Counted from the stretch's first letter, positions 40,478-51,175 are shown. The stretch is 64,000 nucleotides of DNA from Puniceicoccaceae bacterium (GCA_040830765.1 JBFOMH010000009.1:108934-172933); one strand, 5' to 3'. Numbers and translations are program-made. Notes: generated from the letters alone by a model not told the origin.

Positions 40478-40951
40478 TTGGATATCAAAGAAATTAAATC
40501 GATTGTCGACTTGATGAAACGCTCGGGCTTGACCGAATTCCAGCTCGAGGAGGAAGATTTCAAGATCCGCATCTGTCGCAAGAGCGACGAAGTGCAAACC
40601 ATTTACCAAGCCACCACGCCAGCACCTTTCCCGGTCCAGGCAGCTGCCGCGACACCGCCACCGGTACCACAGAACACGCCCCCCGCGGAACCGGCACCGG
40701 CCGCTGAAGTGGATGAAAGCAAGCTCATCAAGTCCCCCATGGTCGGGACTTTCTATACCTCGCCCTCACCCGAAAGCCCGCCCTTCATCAAGATTGGCGA
40801 CAGCGTATCCGGGGATACGGTTGTCTGTATTGTCGAGGCCATGAAGGTGATGAACGAAATCAAGGCGGAATTAAAGGGCCAGATCGCCGAAATCCTTGTC
40901 GATAACGGGGAAAGCGTCGAATACGGTCAGCCGTTGTTCCGCCTCAAGTAA
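40478..40951 (+). CDS. accB: Acetyl-CoA carboxylase biotin carboxyl carrier protein
   Basis: MDIKEIK, Pro/Ala linker, [20 protein letters not shown] start. Confidence 0.97.
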   Translation: MDIKEIKSIVDLMKRSGLTEFQLEEEDFKIRICRKSDEVQTIYQATTPAPFPVQAAAATPPPVPQNTPPAEPAPAAEVDESKLIKSPMVGTFYTSPSPESPPFIKIGDSVSGDTVVCIVEAMKVMNEIKAELKGQIAEILVDNGESVEYGQPLFRLK

Positions 40952-40976
40952 GGTCCGACTCTCCACCTGAGACACA

Positions 40977-42356
40977 ATGTTCAAGAAAATCCTCATTGCC
41001 AACAGGGGGGAAATAGCCCTTCGCATCATTCGCGCCTGCAGAGAGCTCGATATCGAAACCATTGCCGTCTACTCGGAAGCGGACGTGCAGTCGCTGCATG
41101 TGCAACTGGCTGACGGTGCAATCTGCATTGGCCCTGCACCGGGGCCTGAATCCTACCTCCGGGCAGAGCGTATCATTGCCGCCGCTGAAGTCGCTGATGT
41201 TGATGCCATCCACCCGGGTTACGGCTTTCTTTCGGAAGATCCCGCCTTTGCCGAGCAATGTGAGGAATGCCGAATCAAGTTCATCGGTCCTCGCTCCGGG
41301 ACCATCCGCCAGATGGGCGACAAGGCCACCGCCCGCGAAACGGTCAAGGCTGCCGGGGTCCCCACGGTCCCCGGGAGTGACGGGGTGGTTCATGACCCGG
41401 ACGAAGCCATCCGGGTCGCCGAGGAAATCGGGTTCCCTGTCATCGTGAAGGCCGTTGCCGGTGGAGGCGGACGCGGCATGCGTCTGGCCCATAACGCCAT
41501 GACCTTCCTCAAGGAGTTTGCCGCTGCCAGCAATGAAGCCGAAAAGGCCTTTGGCAACGGTGACGTCTATATCGAGAAGTACATTGAGGAACCACGGCAT
41601 ATTGAGTTTCAGATTCTCGCTGATGAACATGGCAACGTGATTCACCTCGGGGAACGTGATTGCTCCATCCAGCGGCGGCACCAGAAGGTAATCGAAGAGT
41701 CACCCTCGCCCTTCATGACGCCTGAGTTGCGCGAAGCCATGGGTGAGGCAGCTATCAAGGCGGCCAAAGCCTGCGACTACTGGAACGCCGGAACCATCGA
41801 GTTCCTTGTCGATAAAAACCGCAACTTCTACTTCATCGAGATGAACACCCGCATTCAGGTGGAGCATCCGGTGACGGAGGAAGTGACCGGCATTGACCTG
41901 GTTAAGGAACAACTGCGCATCGCCAGTGGTGAAAAGCTGGGACTGAAGCAGAAAGATGTCATCATGAAGGGATGCGCCATCGAGGTGCGGGTCTGTGCCG
42001 AGAATCCCGGGATGAATTTCGCCCCCTATCCGGGAGATATCAGTCTTTATTATCCTCCCGGCGGGCACGGGGTCCGGGTCGACAGCCATATCTATGGTGG
42101 CTACACGATCCCGAAATACTACGACAGCATGATCGCCAAGGTCATTTGCTACGGACGGAACCGGAAACTCGTCCTCGATCGGATGAACCGTGCCCTCAAT
42201 GAATACCTCATCCGGGGCATCCACACCAATATCGGTTTTGCGCGCTCGATTATCAACGATCCGGAATTCGCCATGGGTAACTTCACCACGGCCTTTGTGG
42301 AGGAATTTATGCAGCGAACGCCGAAAACGCTTTTCGAATCCAAATTAGAAGAATAA
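40977..42356 (+). CDS. accC: Acetyl-CoA carboxylase biotin carboxylase
   Basis: [56 protein letters not shown]. Confidence 0.98.
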   Translation: MFKKILIANRGEIALRIIRACRELDIETIAVYSEADVQSLHVQLADGAICIGPAPGPESYLRAERIIAAAEVADVDAIHPGYGFLSEDPAFAEQCEECRIKFIGPRSGTIRQMGDKATARETVKAAGVPTVPGSDGVVHDPDEAIRVAEEIGFPVIVKAVAGGGGRGMRLAHNAMTFLKEFAAASNEAEKAFGNGDVYIEKYIEEPRHIEFQILADEHGNVIHLGERDCSIQRRHQKVIEESPSPFMTPELREAMGEAAIKAAKACDYWNAGTIEFLVDKNRNFYFIEMNTRIQVEHPVTEEVTGIDLVKEQLRIASGEKLGLKQKDVIMKGCAIEVRVCAENPGMNFAPYPGDISLYYPPGGHGVRVDSHIYGGYTIPKYYDSMIAKVICYGRNRKLVLDRMNRALNEYLIRGIHTNIGFARSIINDPEFAMGNFTTAFVEEFMQRTPKTLFESKLEE

Positions 42357-42392
42357 ACTGCCAGCTAGATAATCCCAAACCAGACAAGAATC

Positions 42393-42821
42393 ATGGAAGA
42401 AGATCCCAAACACGATCCATTTGAAAATCTAGAACCTATCCAGGAAGACTCCGGCATGGGCAATATCAGCATCAACAACGAGGTTGTCGCTGAAATTGTT
42501 GCCATGGCTGCCCGCGAGGTTGAAGGCGTCGTCTCTCTAGCCAGCGGCGGCATCAAGGATGACATTGCCGGACTCTTCGGTGGGCGCAAGGACAGCAGTT
42601 CCTCGGTGGGTATCCAGGAAGAGGCTGACGGCTCCTATCACATTAGTGTGAAGCTCATCCTCACCTTCGGGGTTCAGTTGGCCAAGGTAGCCCAGAATGT
42701 CCAGGTCGCCGTCCGCGAGCGGGTTGAAAACATGACCAACAAGGATGTTTCCAAGGTCAATGTCATCGTCGATGGTATCCGTCGCGAGAACGCCCCGGTT
42801 GAAGAAGCACCTGAAGAATAG
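42393..42821 (+). CDS. Asp23/Gls24 family protein (YqhY-like)
   Basis: G.I.I..EVVAEI...AA.EVEGV...VAQNVQ.AV...VENMT...V..VNV.V.GI. Confidence 0.9.
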   Translation: MEEDPKHDPFENLEPIQEDSGMGNISINNEVVAEIVAMAAREVEGVVSLASGGIKDDIAGLFGGRKDSSSSVGIQEEADGSYHISVKLILTFGVQLAKVAQNVQVAVRERVENMTNKDVSKVNVIVDGIRRENAPVEEAPEE

Positions 42822-42858
42822 GCAACCTTAACCCAGCCAGCCTTAACCCCACACTCCC

Positions 42859-43398
42859 ATGCAAGAGCTTACGGAAACCCTAAGTCACCTCATCAAGGCC
42901 CCCTACCTTTATTATGCCGTGACCGCGGTGGTCTTGTTGGTCGGGCTCTATGTCGTCTACAGTTACCGGCGGGCCAGCCAGGGAATCATTCCCTTCAAGA
43001 CCCAGGGGGGCCAGATTGAAATTGCCCCCAGCACCTTGCGCGGTGTCATGCAAAACGCCGCCAACAGCGTGGAGGGTGTCGAAAAGGCATCCTGCCGTCA
43101 TTTCCTGAAAGGCCGCTCGGTCGGGGTCAAGGTAGCCATCCACCTCCGGGCCAACAGCCGCCTGAAGGATGTGGAGACGAACATCAAGCAATGCATTCGC
43201 GCCACCCTTTTCGACCAGTTCGGGATGGAAAACATCGAACCCGTCCATATCCGTGTCACCCGCATTATCGGGGATCCGGTAGCCTCTCTGGGTCCCAGCT
43301 ACCCTGACGACATCAACGAGTCCAAGGCCGCCCTGATGGAAATGGATGACGAAGAGACTGACGAGCGGCCTTACTCCGACGAAACCCGCCTCTCCTGA
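42859..43398 (+). CDS. AmaP-like membrane-anchored Asp23-fold protein
   Basis: One N-terminal TM, then T..G.I.I....L......A...VEGV...I...L...FG......V.I.V; directly follows the Asp23 gene. Confidence 0.7.
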   Translation: MQELTETLSHLIKAPYLYYAVTAVVLLVGLYVVYSYRRASQGIIPFKTQGGQIEIAPSTLRGVMQNAANSVEGVEKASCRHFLKGRSVGVKVAIHLRANSRLKDVETNIKQCIRATLFDQFGMENIEPVHIRVTRIIGDPVASLGPSYPDDINESKAALMEMDDEETDERPYSDETRLS

Positions 43399-43420
43399 GC
43401 AAGCAAACACGAGGGCCCTG

Positions 43421-44074
43421 ATGAGCGTGCCTGAAATTCCGTCCTGTGGATTCTACGCCATCCTGGACACAGGTTACATCAACGACAGCGAATGGGAATA
43501 CCAGGCGGATGCCATCCTCTCCGGTGGCGCCTGCATTTTGCAGATCCGGGCCATGGGCGATCCACTCGAGCGGGTACGCGAGCTGGTTGAACGTGTCCAG
43601 CCCGTCGCCCGCTCCCACAAGGTTCCCCTTGTCATCAACGACCATCTTGAGCTTGCTGCCACCACCCCGGGTCTTGGTCTGCACATGGGACAAGGTGACG
43701 GACCGATTGATGAAGCGCGCAAGCGCCTTGGTCCGGACCGCATACTCGGCCTATCAACGCACAGCCTGGATGAGGCCAAAAAGGCCATGGAGGCCTCGGA
43801 TATCCTTTCCTACTTCACCATTGGCCCCATCTTTCCCAGTCAAACCCATGCTGAATACAAACCCGTGGGCATCGACCTAATCCGGGCCGTAGCCAGCCTC
43901 GAGCCAGCCTTGCCGTTCTTCTGCATCGGCGGCATCACTCCCGACAACACCGAGAAAGTCGTCGCTGCCGGGGCCAGGGGTATCATCGCCGCTTCCTTCT
44001 CCCTCCGCCATGCGGATCTTGAGAGCACCGCCCGTTTTTATACCCAACAGTTGACCGGTGAGCGTGACGCTTGA
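43421..44074 (+). CDS. Thiamine-phosphate synthase-like protein (ThiE/TenI fold)
   Basis: LQIR, VIND, GLHMGQGD, ILGLSTHS, GPIFP, FCIGGIT; some conserved Lys residues are absent. Confidence 0.8.
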   Translation: MSVPEIPSCGFYAILDTGYINDSEWEYQADAILSGGACILQIRAMGDPLERVRELVERVQPVARSHKVPLVINDHLELAATTPGLGLHMGQGDGPIDEARKRLGPDRILGLSTHSLDEAKKAMEASDILSYFTIGPIFPSQTHAEYKPVGIDLIRAVASLEPALPFFCIGGITPDNTEKVVAAGARGIIAASFSLRHADLESTARFYTQQLTGERDA

Positions 44075-44122
44075 CAACCGGCATGGCCCTACCTTCCTTT
44101 GAATCCTCTTTTGGGCGAAATC

Positions 44123-44605
44123 ATGGAAGGTGGAAAAAAGGTCATCACCGTCATCTGTACCGGTAACATTTGTCGTAGCCCCATGGCCGAGCATCTGCTT
44201 CAGCATGCTCTGCAGGCCCAGCCCCACCCATTGTCGGACTATCAGGTGATTTCTGCCGGGGTCTCCGCCTATCCCGGTGATGCCGCCTCACGCAACTCGA
44301 TCATTGCCCTTGATAAGGTCAATTTGGACCTTTCCGACCATCGCAGCCGGCCACTGACGGATCAGCTGGTCGAGGTTTCCGACTTGATCCTGACCATGAC
44401 CAGCAGCCATGCGGACATCATTCGCATGCGTTATCCCAATATAGGGATACCCGTTCTCCGGTTTCGCGAGTGGATTCCTTCCGGCTCCCGTGAAGTGCCC
44501 GATCCCTTCGGCGGACCATTGCAGATTTATCTCGATACCCGGGACAGCCTGGCCGAGGCTGTGCCCTCAATTCTCAATTATCTCAAAACAGAATTTGAAG
44601 CATGA
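44123..44605 (+). CDS. Low-molecular-weight protein phosphatase (YwlE/PtpA family)
   Basis: CTGNICRSPMAE P-loop, SAG, H.SR, DPFGG. Confidence 0.93.
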   Translation: MEGGKKVITVICTGNICRSPMAEHLLQHALQAQPHPLSDYQVISAGVSAYPGDAASRNSIIALDKVNLDLSDHRSRPLTDQLVEVSDLILTMTSSHADIIRMRYPNIGIPVLRFREWIPSGSREVPDPFGGPLQIYLDTRDSLAEAVPSILNYLKTEFEA

Positions 44606-45051
44606 AGATTAGTATTGGATTCGACCATGGGGCCATCGCCCTGCGCCAACCGGTTCTCGATTTTCTTCAATCAAGCGGTCACGAGGTCATGGACCATGGA
44701 ACCGACACTACCGATTCCGTTGATTATCCCGACTTTGCGAAATGCGTCGCCGGGGATGTTGCCTCCGGAACGGCTGAAGCAGGTATTCTCTGTTGCACGA
44801 CCGGCATCGGCATGAGCATGGCCGCCAACAAGGTCAAGGGGGTTCGGGCAGCGGTTGTTCACTTTGAAGATGAAGCCGCCCTGACACGCCGCCACAACAA
44901 TGCCAACGTCCTATGTATGGGAGCGCTGCACACCAGCGCCGAACAGGCCCAACGCCTGGTTGAGGCCTTCCTGGCCAATTCCTTTGAAGGCGGCCGCCAC
45001 CAGCGCCGCGTGGACAAGTTCTCGGAATGGGAAAGCGGTCCCTGCGGTTGA
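44602..45051 (+). CDS. rpiB: Ribose-5-phosphate isomerase B
   Basis: DHGA, DYPDFA, C.TGIGMSMAANK.KGVRAA, HNNANVL, FEGGRHQRR. Confidence 0.95.
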   Translation: MKISIGFDHGAIALRQPVLDFLQSSGHEVMDHGTDTTDSVDYPDFAKCVAGDVASGTAEAGILCCTTGIGMSMAANKVKGVRAAVVHFEDEAALTRRHNNANVLCMGALHTSAEQAQRLVEAFLANSFEGGRHQRRVDKFSEWESGPCG

Positions 45052-45093
45052 CAGTCCTGAGCGCAGTTCTCACCTTCTAGCAATCCTGATAAA

Positions 45094-46371
45094 ATGAGCA
45101 TCATCCAGCAACCAAGCAACACTCTCAATCCGGCCCCGGCCAAGGATCTCGACCCGGAGCTTTATGCCGCCATTGAGGGAGAATACCAACGCCAACAGAA
45201 CCACCTTGAGTTGATCGCCTCGGAGAATTTCACCCTCCCGGCAGTCATCGAGCTCACTGGGAGCGTCCTGACCAACAAGTATGCCGAAGGCTATCCAGGC
45301 AAGCGTTACTATGGTGGCTGCGAATTTGTGGATGTCGCTGAACAACTGGCCATTGACCGGGCCATGGAACTCTTCGGCGCCGAGTACGCCAATGTCCAGC
45401 CACACGCCGGCAGCCAGGCCAACTTCGGGGTTTATACCGCTGTTCTCGAACCCGGTGACAAAATCCTCACCATGAACCTGTCTGATGGCGGACACCTGAC
45501 ACACGGCAGTGCCGTTAACTTTTCCGGCAAGCTCTATTCGGTTGTGCATTATGGGGTTGATCCGGAAACCGGCAGGATTGATTACGATGCCCTTGAGGAA
45601 CAGGCCCGCAAGGAGCGGCCGAAGATGATCACCGTCGGGGCCTCGGCCTATCCAAGGACCATTGATTTTGAGCGCATGGCCGCCATTGCCAGTGAAGTCG
45701 GAGCTTACATCCTCGCGGATATCGCCCACATTGCAGGACTGGTTGCGGCGGGAGAACATCCCAGCCCCGTCCCCTTTTGCGACTTCGTCACCACCACCAC
45801 CCACAAAACCCTCCGCGGTCCCCGTGGTGGGCTCATCCTCGCCAAGGAAAAATACGCCAAGAAGCTCAATTCGGCCATTTTCCCGGGTGGCCAGGGTGGA
45901 CCCTTGATGCACGTCATCGCCGCCAAGGCCCTTTGTTTCAGGGAGGCCATGAAACCCGAATTCAAGACCTATCAGCACCAAGTGCGAAAAAATGCCGCTG
46001 CCATGGCCGATACCTTCAACAGCCTCGGCTACAAGTTGACCAGCGGGGGTACGGATAATCACCTCATGCTGATCGATCTGCGCCAAAGCCATCCCGACCT
46101 GACCGGCAAGCAGGCTCAGATCGCCCTCGACAAGGCCCATATCACGACCAACCGGAACACGGTCCCCGGAGAAACAAGAAGTCCTTTCCAGACCAGTGGA
46201 ATCCGCATCGGTACGCCTGCCTGTACCAGCCGCGGCATGGTCGAGGAGGATTTCCGCAAGATCGCCACTGCCATCGACCAGGTTTTGGCCGACGTTGAGG
46301 ATGCGGATGGCATTGCAGCTGCCCGCCAAGTTGCCCTTGAGCTGACCTCCGCTTATCCCCTGCCCTATTGA
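45094..46371 (+). CDS. glyA: Serine hydroxymethyltransferase
   Basis: [43 protein letters not shown]. Confidence 0.99.
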   Translation: MSIIQQPSNTLNPAPAKDLDPELYAAIEGEYQRQQNHLELIASENFTLPAVIELTGSVLTNKYAEGYPGKRYYGGCEFVDVAEQLAIDRAMELFGAEYANVQPHAGSQANFGVYTAVLEPGDKILTMNLSDGGHLTHGSAVNFSGKLYSVVHYGVDPETGRIDYDALEEQARKERPKMITVGASAYPRTIDFERMAAIASEVGAYILADIAHIAGLVAAGEHPSPVPFCDFVTTTTHKTLRGPRGGLILAKEKYAKKLNSAIFPGGQGGPLMHVIAAKALCFREAMKPEFKTYQHQVRKNAAAMADTFNSLGYKLTSGGTDNHLMLIDLRQSHPDLTGKQAQIALDKAHITTNRNTVPGETRSPFQTSGIRIGTPACTSRGMVEEDFRKIATAIDQVLADVEDADGIAAARQVALELTSAYPLPY

Positions 46372-46378
46372 TTGAACC

Positions 46379-47080
46379 TTGGACCAACCCGACCCCAGGA
46401 GCGAAGAGGCTCTGATCGCCCACTTGTTGCAGTTCGTCACGCCTGAAAAAAAGGCGCGGATGGAGACTGTTATCGCCAACCGGACCTCTCATGTCCGGGT
46501 CGTCCTTGAAGATATCTATCAACCGCACAATGCCAGCGCGGTCATGCGTTCCTGTGAATGCTTCGGCATACAGCATCTGCATGTAATAGAAAATCGCTAC
46601 AAATATACGCTGAACCGCGACGTGGCGATGGGCTCTTCCAAGTGGATCAACCTCCACCGACACAGCGAGGAGGAAAATGACAACACCCGCGCCTGCATGG
46701 AGGAACTGCGGGCCGCAGGTTACAGGATTGTCGCCACCAGCCTGGACCCGACATCGGTCGCCCTCCCTGAACTGCCCGTTGAAGAGAAGTTCTCCCTCTG
46801 GTTTGGCACTGAGGAGGAAGGACTGAGTGAGACCGCCCTCAAGGAGGCGGACGCCCATGTCCACATACCCATGCTGGGTTTTACCCAAAGCTTCAATATT
46901 TCTGTCAGTGCTGCCATTTGCCTCTATGAGATTCGCTCCCGTTTGGCCCAGACAGACATCGATTGCTCTCTCGACGCCGCGGAAATGCGTCAGGTTTACC
47001 GCCTGTGGCTCCATAGCACGCTAAAAAACTGTGAAATTGTCGAAAGAACCTTCCTGGAGGGGCATAAAGAGGCGCCCTGA
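46379..47080 (+). CDS. TrmH-family (SPOUT) RNA 2'-O-methyltransferase
   Basis: VLEDIYQPHNASAVMRSCECFG, FGTEEEGLS, IPMLGFTQSFNISVSAA; TTG start. Confidence 0.92.
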   Translation: MDQPDPRSEEALIAHLLQFVTPEKKARMETVIANRTSHVRVVLEDIYQPHNASAVMRSCECFGIQHLHVIENRYKYTLNRDVAMGSSKWINLHRHSEEENDNTRACMEELRAAGYRIVATSLDPTSVALPELPVEEKFSLWFGTEEEGLSETALKEADAHVHIPMLGFTQSFNISVSAAICLYEIRSRLAQTDIDCSLDAAEMRQVYRLWLHSTLKNCEIVERTFLEGHKEAP

Positions 47081-47101
47081 CCCGGTTTGGCGCTATTTTT
47101 C

Positions 47102-47129
47102 TTGCTGCACAGGGTAGAGTATTCAACAT
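47102..47129 (+). promoter_or_regulatory. sigma70-type promoter
   Basis: TTGCTG-16 nt-CAACAT, 12 nt before ATG 47142. Confidence 0.4.
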
Positions 47130-47141
47130 TTGCCTACCAGC

Positions 47142-47957
47142 ATGGCTGAGGAATATTTTATACGTGGACCCGAGGAGGAGACCGCACGCGGTCCCTACGG
47201 AATCGATGAACTGGTCACCCTTGCCGAGGCAGGCAAGCTGGAACCTGACTATTATTATTTCGACCCCCGGATGGAGAGTTGGGCCGTTATCCGCTCCAAT
47301 GAACCCCTCAAGGACCAGATCTTCCCTGAGAAGAAAAAGCTCACTCTCCGCAAGAAGACTGAAGAGGAAGTTGATTCCCTGAACAAGGAAGCGGATGAGG
47401 ATGAAGAAAGTGCCGTCAAGGTGGATGAAATGCTGGCTGCCGCTGAAGGGCACACGGAGGAAACCAAGCATGTCCGCGTTAAGCAGGCATGGCAGGAGCG
47501 AACTGCCGCCCTGTCGGTTCCGATCCTCGGAATCCTGCTCGTTATTTCCGCCCTTTCCGTCCTCTATCCCAGTTGGAACATCATCTCAGGGATTATCAAT
47601 GATGAGGAAGGTGCCATTCAGCTGCTCTTCCAGAATCCAGTCGTCCTGCTCGGTGCCCTGGATCTCATCATGGCTGTATTTCTACTCTTGAACGCGACGG
47701 AAATCTTTCCCTTGATCCGCGGCCGGGCCATGCTCGGGGCAGGATTCTTCTCCGTCATTTACTTCTCGAATTACATCAATGGCGATCCCCAGGGTCTTTA
47801 CATGGCCTTATCCAGCATCGGTTTTGGGATTGGGCTCTATACCTGCACCCTGACCCTCAACTTTACCCTGATGGTTGCCTCTGCTTCCATTGGCATTGCC
47901 GGAGCTCTTGGAATTGCCTGGTATAGCAATCTTGTTCCCCTCTTCATGGGTTCCTGA
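47142..47957 (+). CDS. GYF_2/DUF4339-like domain membrane protein
   Basis: N-terminal YFI......RGPY..DEL..L...GKL......MESW; acidic linker; about 5 C-terminal TMs. Confidence 0.75.
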   Translation: MAEEYFIRGPEEETARGPYGIDELVTLAEAGKLEPDYYYFDPRMESWAVIRSNEPLKDQIFPEKKKLTLRKKTEEEVDSLNKEADEDEESAVKVDEMLAAAEGHTEETKHVRVKQAWQERTAALSVPILGILLVISALSVLYPSWNIISGIINDEEGAIQLLFQNPVVLLGALDLIMAVFLLLNATEIFPLIRGRAMLGAGFFSVIYFSNYINGDPQGLYMALSSIGFGIGLYTCTLTLNFTLMVASASIGIAGALGIAWYSNLVPLFMGS

Positions 47958-47971
47958 ACCCGAGGCGAAAT

Positions 47972-49450
47972 ATGGCGGCCCAGCCGGCAAACCCGAAGCC
48001 ACCGGCCGGGGGTGAGAGTGCTCCCGGAGGCCGCAGGAGACGCATTCGCCAATTTCTCGAAAAGGACATCTGGGAGTACGGAGTCGGGGGTGAGCCCTCC
48101 CTCAAGGGACAGTGGATTGCCTTTCTGCGGGTATTGTCGATTGCCTGGCGTGGACTCGTGGAGAACAGGCTCTTCAGTCGTGCCGCCGCCTTAAGCTACT
48201 CCTCGCTCATTGCTTTGGGGCCACTGATTGCGGTGGTTGTCATCCTTTCCAGCTCCTTTGTCCGGACCGATGCTGAAACCCAGATCAAGAAGGCCCTTCT
48301 TTTCATCGCCCCTTCCCTTGATGAGATGGTAACGCTGGAGAGGGAATCCCTTTCCGAGGAAGGCCAGCAAATGGCCACTGCTCTTGATACGCTGATTGCC
48401 CAGATCATCGATGGTGCAGAACAGTTGTTAAGCCAGATAAACACCTCCGGCTCAAAAGCCTTCGGGCTCATGGGCGGGCTCATCCTGATCTGGGTTGTCA
48501 TCCAGTTGATGACAGCGGTTGAAACGACCCTGAACCAGATATGGGGGGTTCATCAAGGGCGGCCCTGGAGTAAGCGAATTGTCTTCTACTGGACATTCAT
48601 CAGCCTTGGAGCACTCCTTGGGCTGGGTTCCACGGCCCTATTCTCAGCCTCAAACCTCATGTCCATGCTGGACTGGATGCCGCTGGGGAGTGAACTGGCA
48701 AGGGTACTGATTCGCCTCTCGCCCCTCATTTCCTTTGGTATGCTTGTCCTCTTGCTGGCACTCTTCTATCGCTTCTTCCCCAATACCAGCGTCGCTTTCA
48801 AGCCGGCCCTTGTCGGCAGCCTCCTGACCGCCACCCTGCTCTTCCTGAACAACTATCTCGGCATCCTTTACGTCCACCGGGTGCTCTCCATCCAAAGCCT
48901 CTATGGTTCTGTCGGTATCATTCCGGTCATGATGATCGGCCTCTTCTTCTTCTGGGTCCTGATCCTCCTTGGGGGACAGTTGACCTACGCCGTGCAAAAT
49001 GTCCGATTCCTCGCCAATCAGGCGGCCTGGCGGCGCATCAGTCCTCTTGTCCGGGAACTGGTCACGCTGTCGGCCTTCCTGCAGATTGCCCGCCGTTTTC
49101 ATGACTCTGAAAAGGCCCCCACGATGAACGAAATCAGCCGCACGCTTCATGTGCCGGTCAACATCATCAATGAATCCCTTGAAATCCTCGAGGAGTTGAA
49201 GTGGATAGCCCGCATCGCCAGGGAGGTGACAGAGGAGGAAGGGGAAAAGACCGGGTACCGGCCGGCCATGCCGCTGGCCAGATACAATCTCTCCCGATTC
49301 AAACAGGCCATGGGCGAGCTGGGACACTCGGACATGGCCAGCAGTCTTGTGCAGGCAGACCCCCTCCTGAAACAGTACACCGAAGCCCAGCGACGGCACC
49401 AGGAAGACGAACTCTACCAGACGGGCCTGGACAAGCTCCTCGAAAGCTAA
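47972..49450 (+). CDS. YihY/BrkB-family membrane protein with C-terminal Rrf2-like wHTH
   Basis: AAALSYSSL, E.TLNQIWGV...R, YRFFPNT.V, LYGS, LLGGQL; soluble C-terminal helical domain. Confidence 0.88.
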   Translation: MAAQPANPKPPAGGESAPGGRRRRIRQFLEKDIWEYGVGGEPSLKGQWIAFLRVLSIAWRGLVENRLFSRAAALSYSSLIALGPLIAVVVILSSSFVRTDAETQIKKALLFIAPSLDEMVTLERESLSEEGQQMATALDTLIAQIIDGAEQLLSQINTSGSKAFGLMGGLILIWVVIQLMTAVETTLNQIWGVHQGRPWSKRIVFYWTFISLGALLGLGSTALFSASNLMSMLDWMPLGSELARVLIRLSPLISFGMLVLLLALFYRFFPNTSVAFKPALVGSLLTATLLFLNNYLGILYVHRVLSIQSLYGSVGIIPVMMIGLFFFWVLILLGGQLTYAVQNVRFLANQAAWRRISPLVRELVTLSAFLQIARRFHDSEKAPTMNEISRTLHVPVNIINESLEILEELKWIARIAREVTEEEGEKTGYRPAMPLARYNLSRFKQAMGELGHSDMASSLVQADPLLKQYTEAQRRHQEDELYQTGLDKLLES

Positions 49451-49470
49451 ATTCGTTCCAGCGACCACAC

Positions 49471-49498
49471 TTGACAGGTGGTGCTTCCAGCCTAGCAT
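49471..49498 (+). promoter_or_regulatory. sigma70-type promoter
   Basis: TTGACA-16 nt-TAGCAT, 24 nt before ATG 49523. Confidence 0.65.
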
Positions 49499-49522
49499 CT
49501 GCCGCTTTAATCAATTCGCTAA

Positions 49523-51175
49523 ATGATTACCTCCTTACAGAATTTCTTCCTGAAGCATAACAAATGGCTCTTTGGCGGCCTCCTCATCGTCATTATTGTG
49601 ACGTTTGTCCTGACCATCGGGCCGCAGAGCTTCTTCGGCAGTGGGACAGGCGGCCAACGGCAGTCGTTGAACTACTATGGCTATGACCTGACCTCAGAAT
49701 CGGATCAGCGCTCCATGTCCTTCACGGCTGAGATCAGTGCCATCCTGCACCCAGAGCTTCGCCTGCGCCGTGAACAGCTGATGGATTACGCCTACATGCG
49801 GGTTGCTGGCCTCGGCATGGCCAACCAACTGGGTATTCCCCAGCCCAGCAAGGAAGAGTTGGCGGCTTATGTGGAAACACTGCTCATTTTCGCGGATCCG
49901 GCGACGGGTGAGTTTTCGGCCGAATCCTACAACCGGATGATGGATTCCCTCCAGTCCTCCGCACGTTACAATCGCGAGGCCATCGGTACGGTCCTCCGCG
50001 AGGACTACCGCATCGCTGAAGTCCGCAAGGCTCTAGGAGGGCCCGATTACTCCCTTCCGCATGAAGTCCGGCAGGACTACCTCGACCAGCAAACCACTTA
50101 TGAAATTGCCATCGCCCGTCTGGACTTTGATTCTTTTGAGCCGGAAATCGATTCCACCGATGAGGCACTGCTGCAGTTCTTCAACGAAAACCCGGCCCGC
50201 TACGAGGTCGAAGAGACGCTTCTCGTCGACGCCCTCCTGTTCCGGGCCAGCGCCTACCTCGAGGAAGTTGCTGATCCGGTCGAAGGTGTCCTTGAGGCCT
50301 TTTTTGCAACCAACTCAGCCCGCTACCAGCCTGCCCCCGTGGAAGGCGAGGAAGCAGTGGAAGTCACTCTCGCGGACGTTCGTGACCAGGCTCTGGCAGA
50401 CTGGAAGTTAAGCGAGGCACGCGGTGTTGCTGCCCGCAAGGGAGAGGCATTCAGCCTGAAATTATGGCAAGACAGCGTGGTTCTCGATTCCGAGGCCTAT
50501 GGTTCCATGGTGGAGGAGTTCTCAGTCGAAGTCCGTGAACTGCCTCCCTATTCCCGCACCAGCAGTCCATCCGTTCAGGACATCCCTGCCGATTTGCTCA
50601 ATTCGATGTGGATTTTCGCCAGTAATCCCAATCGCTACTTTTCTGACATTGGCCAGATCGCCGATGGTGCGGTGGTCCTGGTCAAGCGAGGCCTCACGGA
50701 AGCACGCATGCCCGAGTTCGAGGAAGTCAGGGACCTCGTCGCACGTGACTTTGCTGCTTCCGAAAAACGGAGGCTCTTCTCCGAAAAGGGCTCGGAACTG
50801 TACACCGAAATCAGCGCCCGCCTTGGCAGTGAACCATTCAGCGGAATCGCTGAATCTCTTGGTCTCACAGTGGAAAGCATGGAACCGTTCAGTGGATCCC
50901 AGCCACCCCGCGAACTCCTCGCCTCCACGCTCTGGGACCAGGCACGATTTCTTGAGGAAGACCGGGTAACCCGCATGGTCATCAATGGCAACCAAGGTTC
51001 CTTTGCCTGTGTCACTAGCAAGGAAGTCCCTCAGGTTGACGCGTCGGATGAGGAATTCATCGCCTTCGTGGCCCAGCGCACGAACGTCCTCGGTGGGGCC
51101 ATGGGATGGGCCCGCTTGCGCGAGATTACAGACAACAGTCTCAACCAGTTGATAGGCCCCCGGGAATCGGAATAG
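49523..51175 (+). CDS. PpiD/SurA-like membrane-anchored periplasmic chaperone
   Basis: N-terminal TM (LLIVIIVTFVL), A.QLGI, F....G.FS...Y, FF.EN..RY, P.FEEVR..V. No clear parvulin active-site motif seen. Confidence 0.7.
   Translation: MITSLQNFFLKHNKWLFGGLLIVIIVTFVLTIGPQSFFGSGTGGQRQSLNYYGYDLTSESDQRSMSFTAEISAILHPELRLRREQLMDYAYMRVAGLGMANQLGIPQPSKEELAAYVETLLIFADPATGEFSAESYNRMMDSLQSSARYNREAIGTVLREDYRIAEVRKALGGPDYSLPHEVRQDYLDQQTTYEIAIARLDFDSFEPEIDSTDEALLQFFNENPARYEVEETLLVDALLFRASAYLEEVADPVEGVLEAFFATNSARYQPAPVEGEEAVEVTLADVRDQALADWKLSEARGVAARKGEAFSLKLWQDSVVLDSEAYGSMVEEFSVEVRELPPYSRTSSPSVQDIPADLLNSMWIFASNPNRYFSDIGQIADGAVVLVKRGLTEARMPEFEEVRDLVARDFAASEKRRLFSEKGSELYTEISARLGSEPFSGIAESLGLTVESMEPFSGSQPPRELLASTLWDQARFLEEDRVTRMVINGNQGSFACVTSKEVPQVDASDEEFIAFVAQRTNVLGGAMGWARLREITDNSLNQLIGPRESE

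Noticed and set aside
44071..44095. TTGACA...TACCTT upstream of the phosphatase gene
   Set aside because: The spacer is only 13 nt; not reported as a promoter without TSS data.
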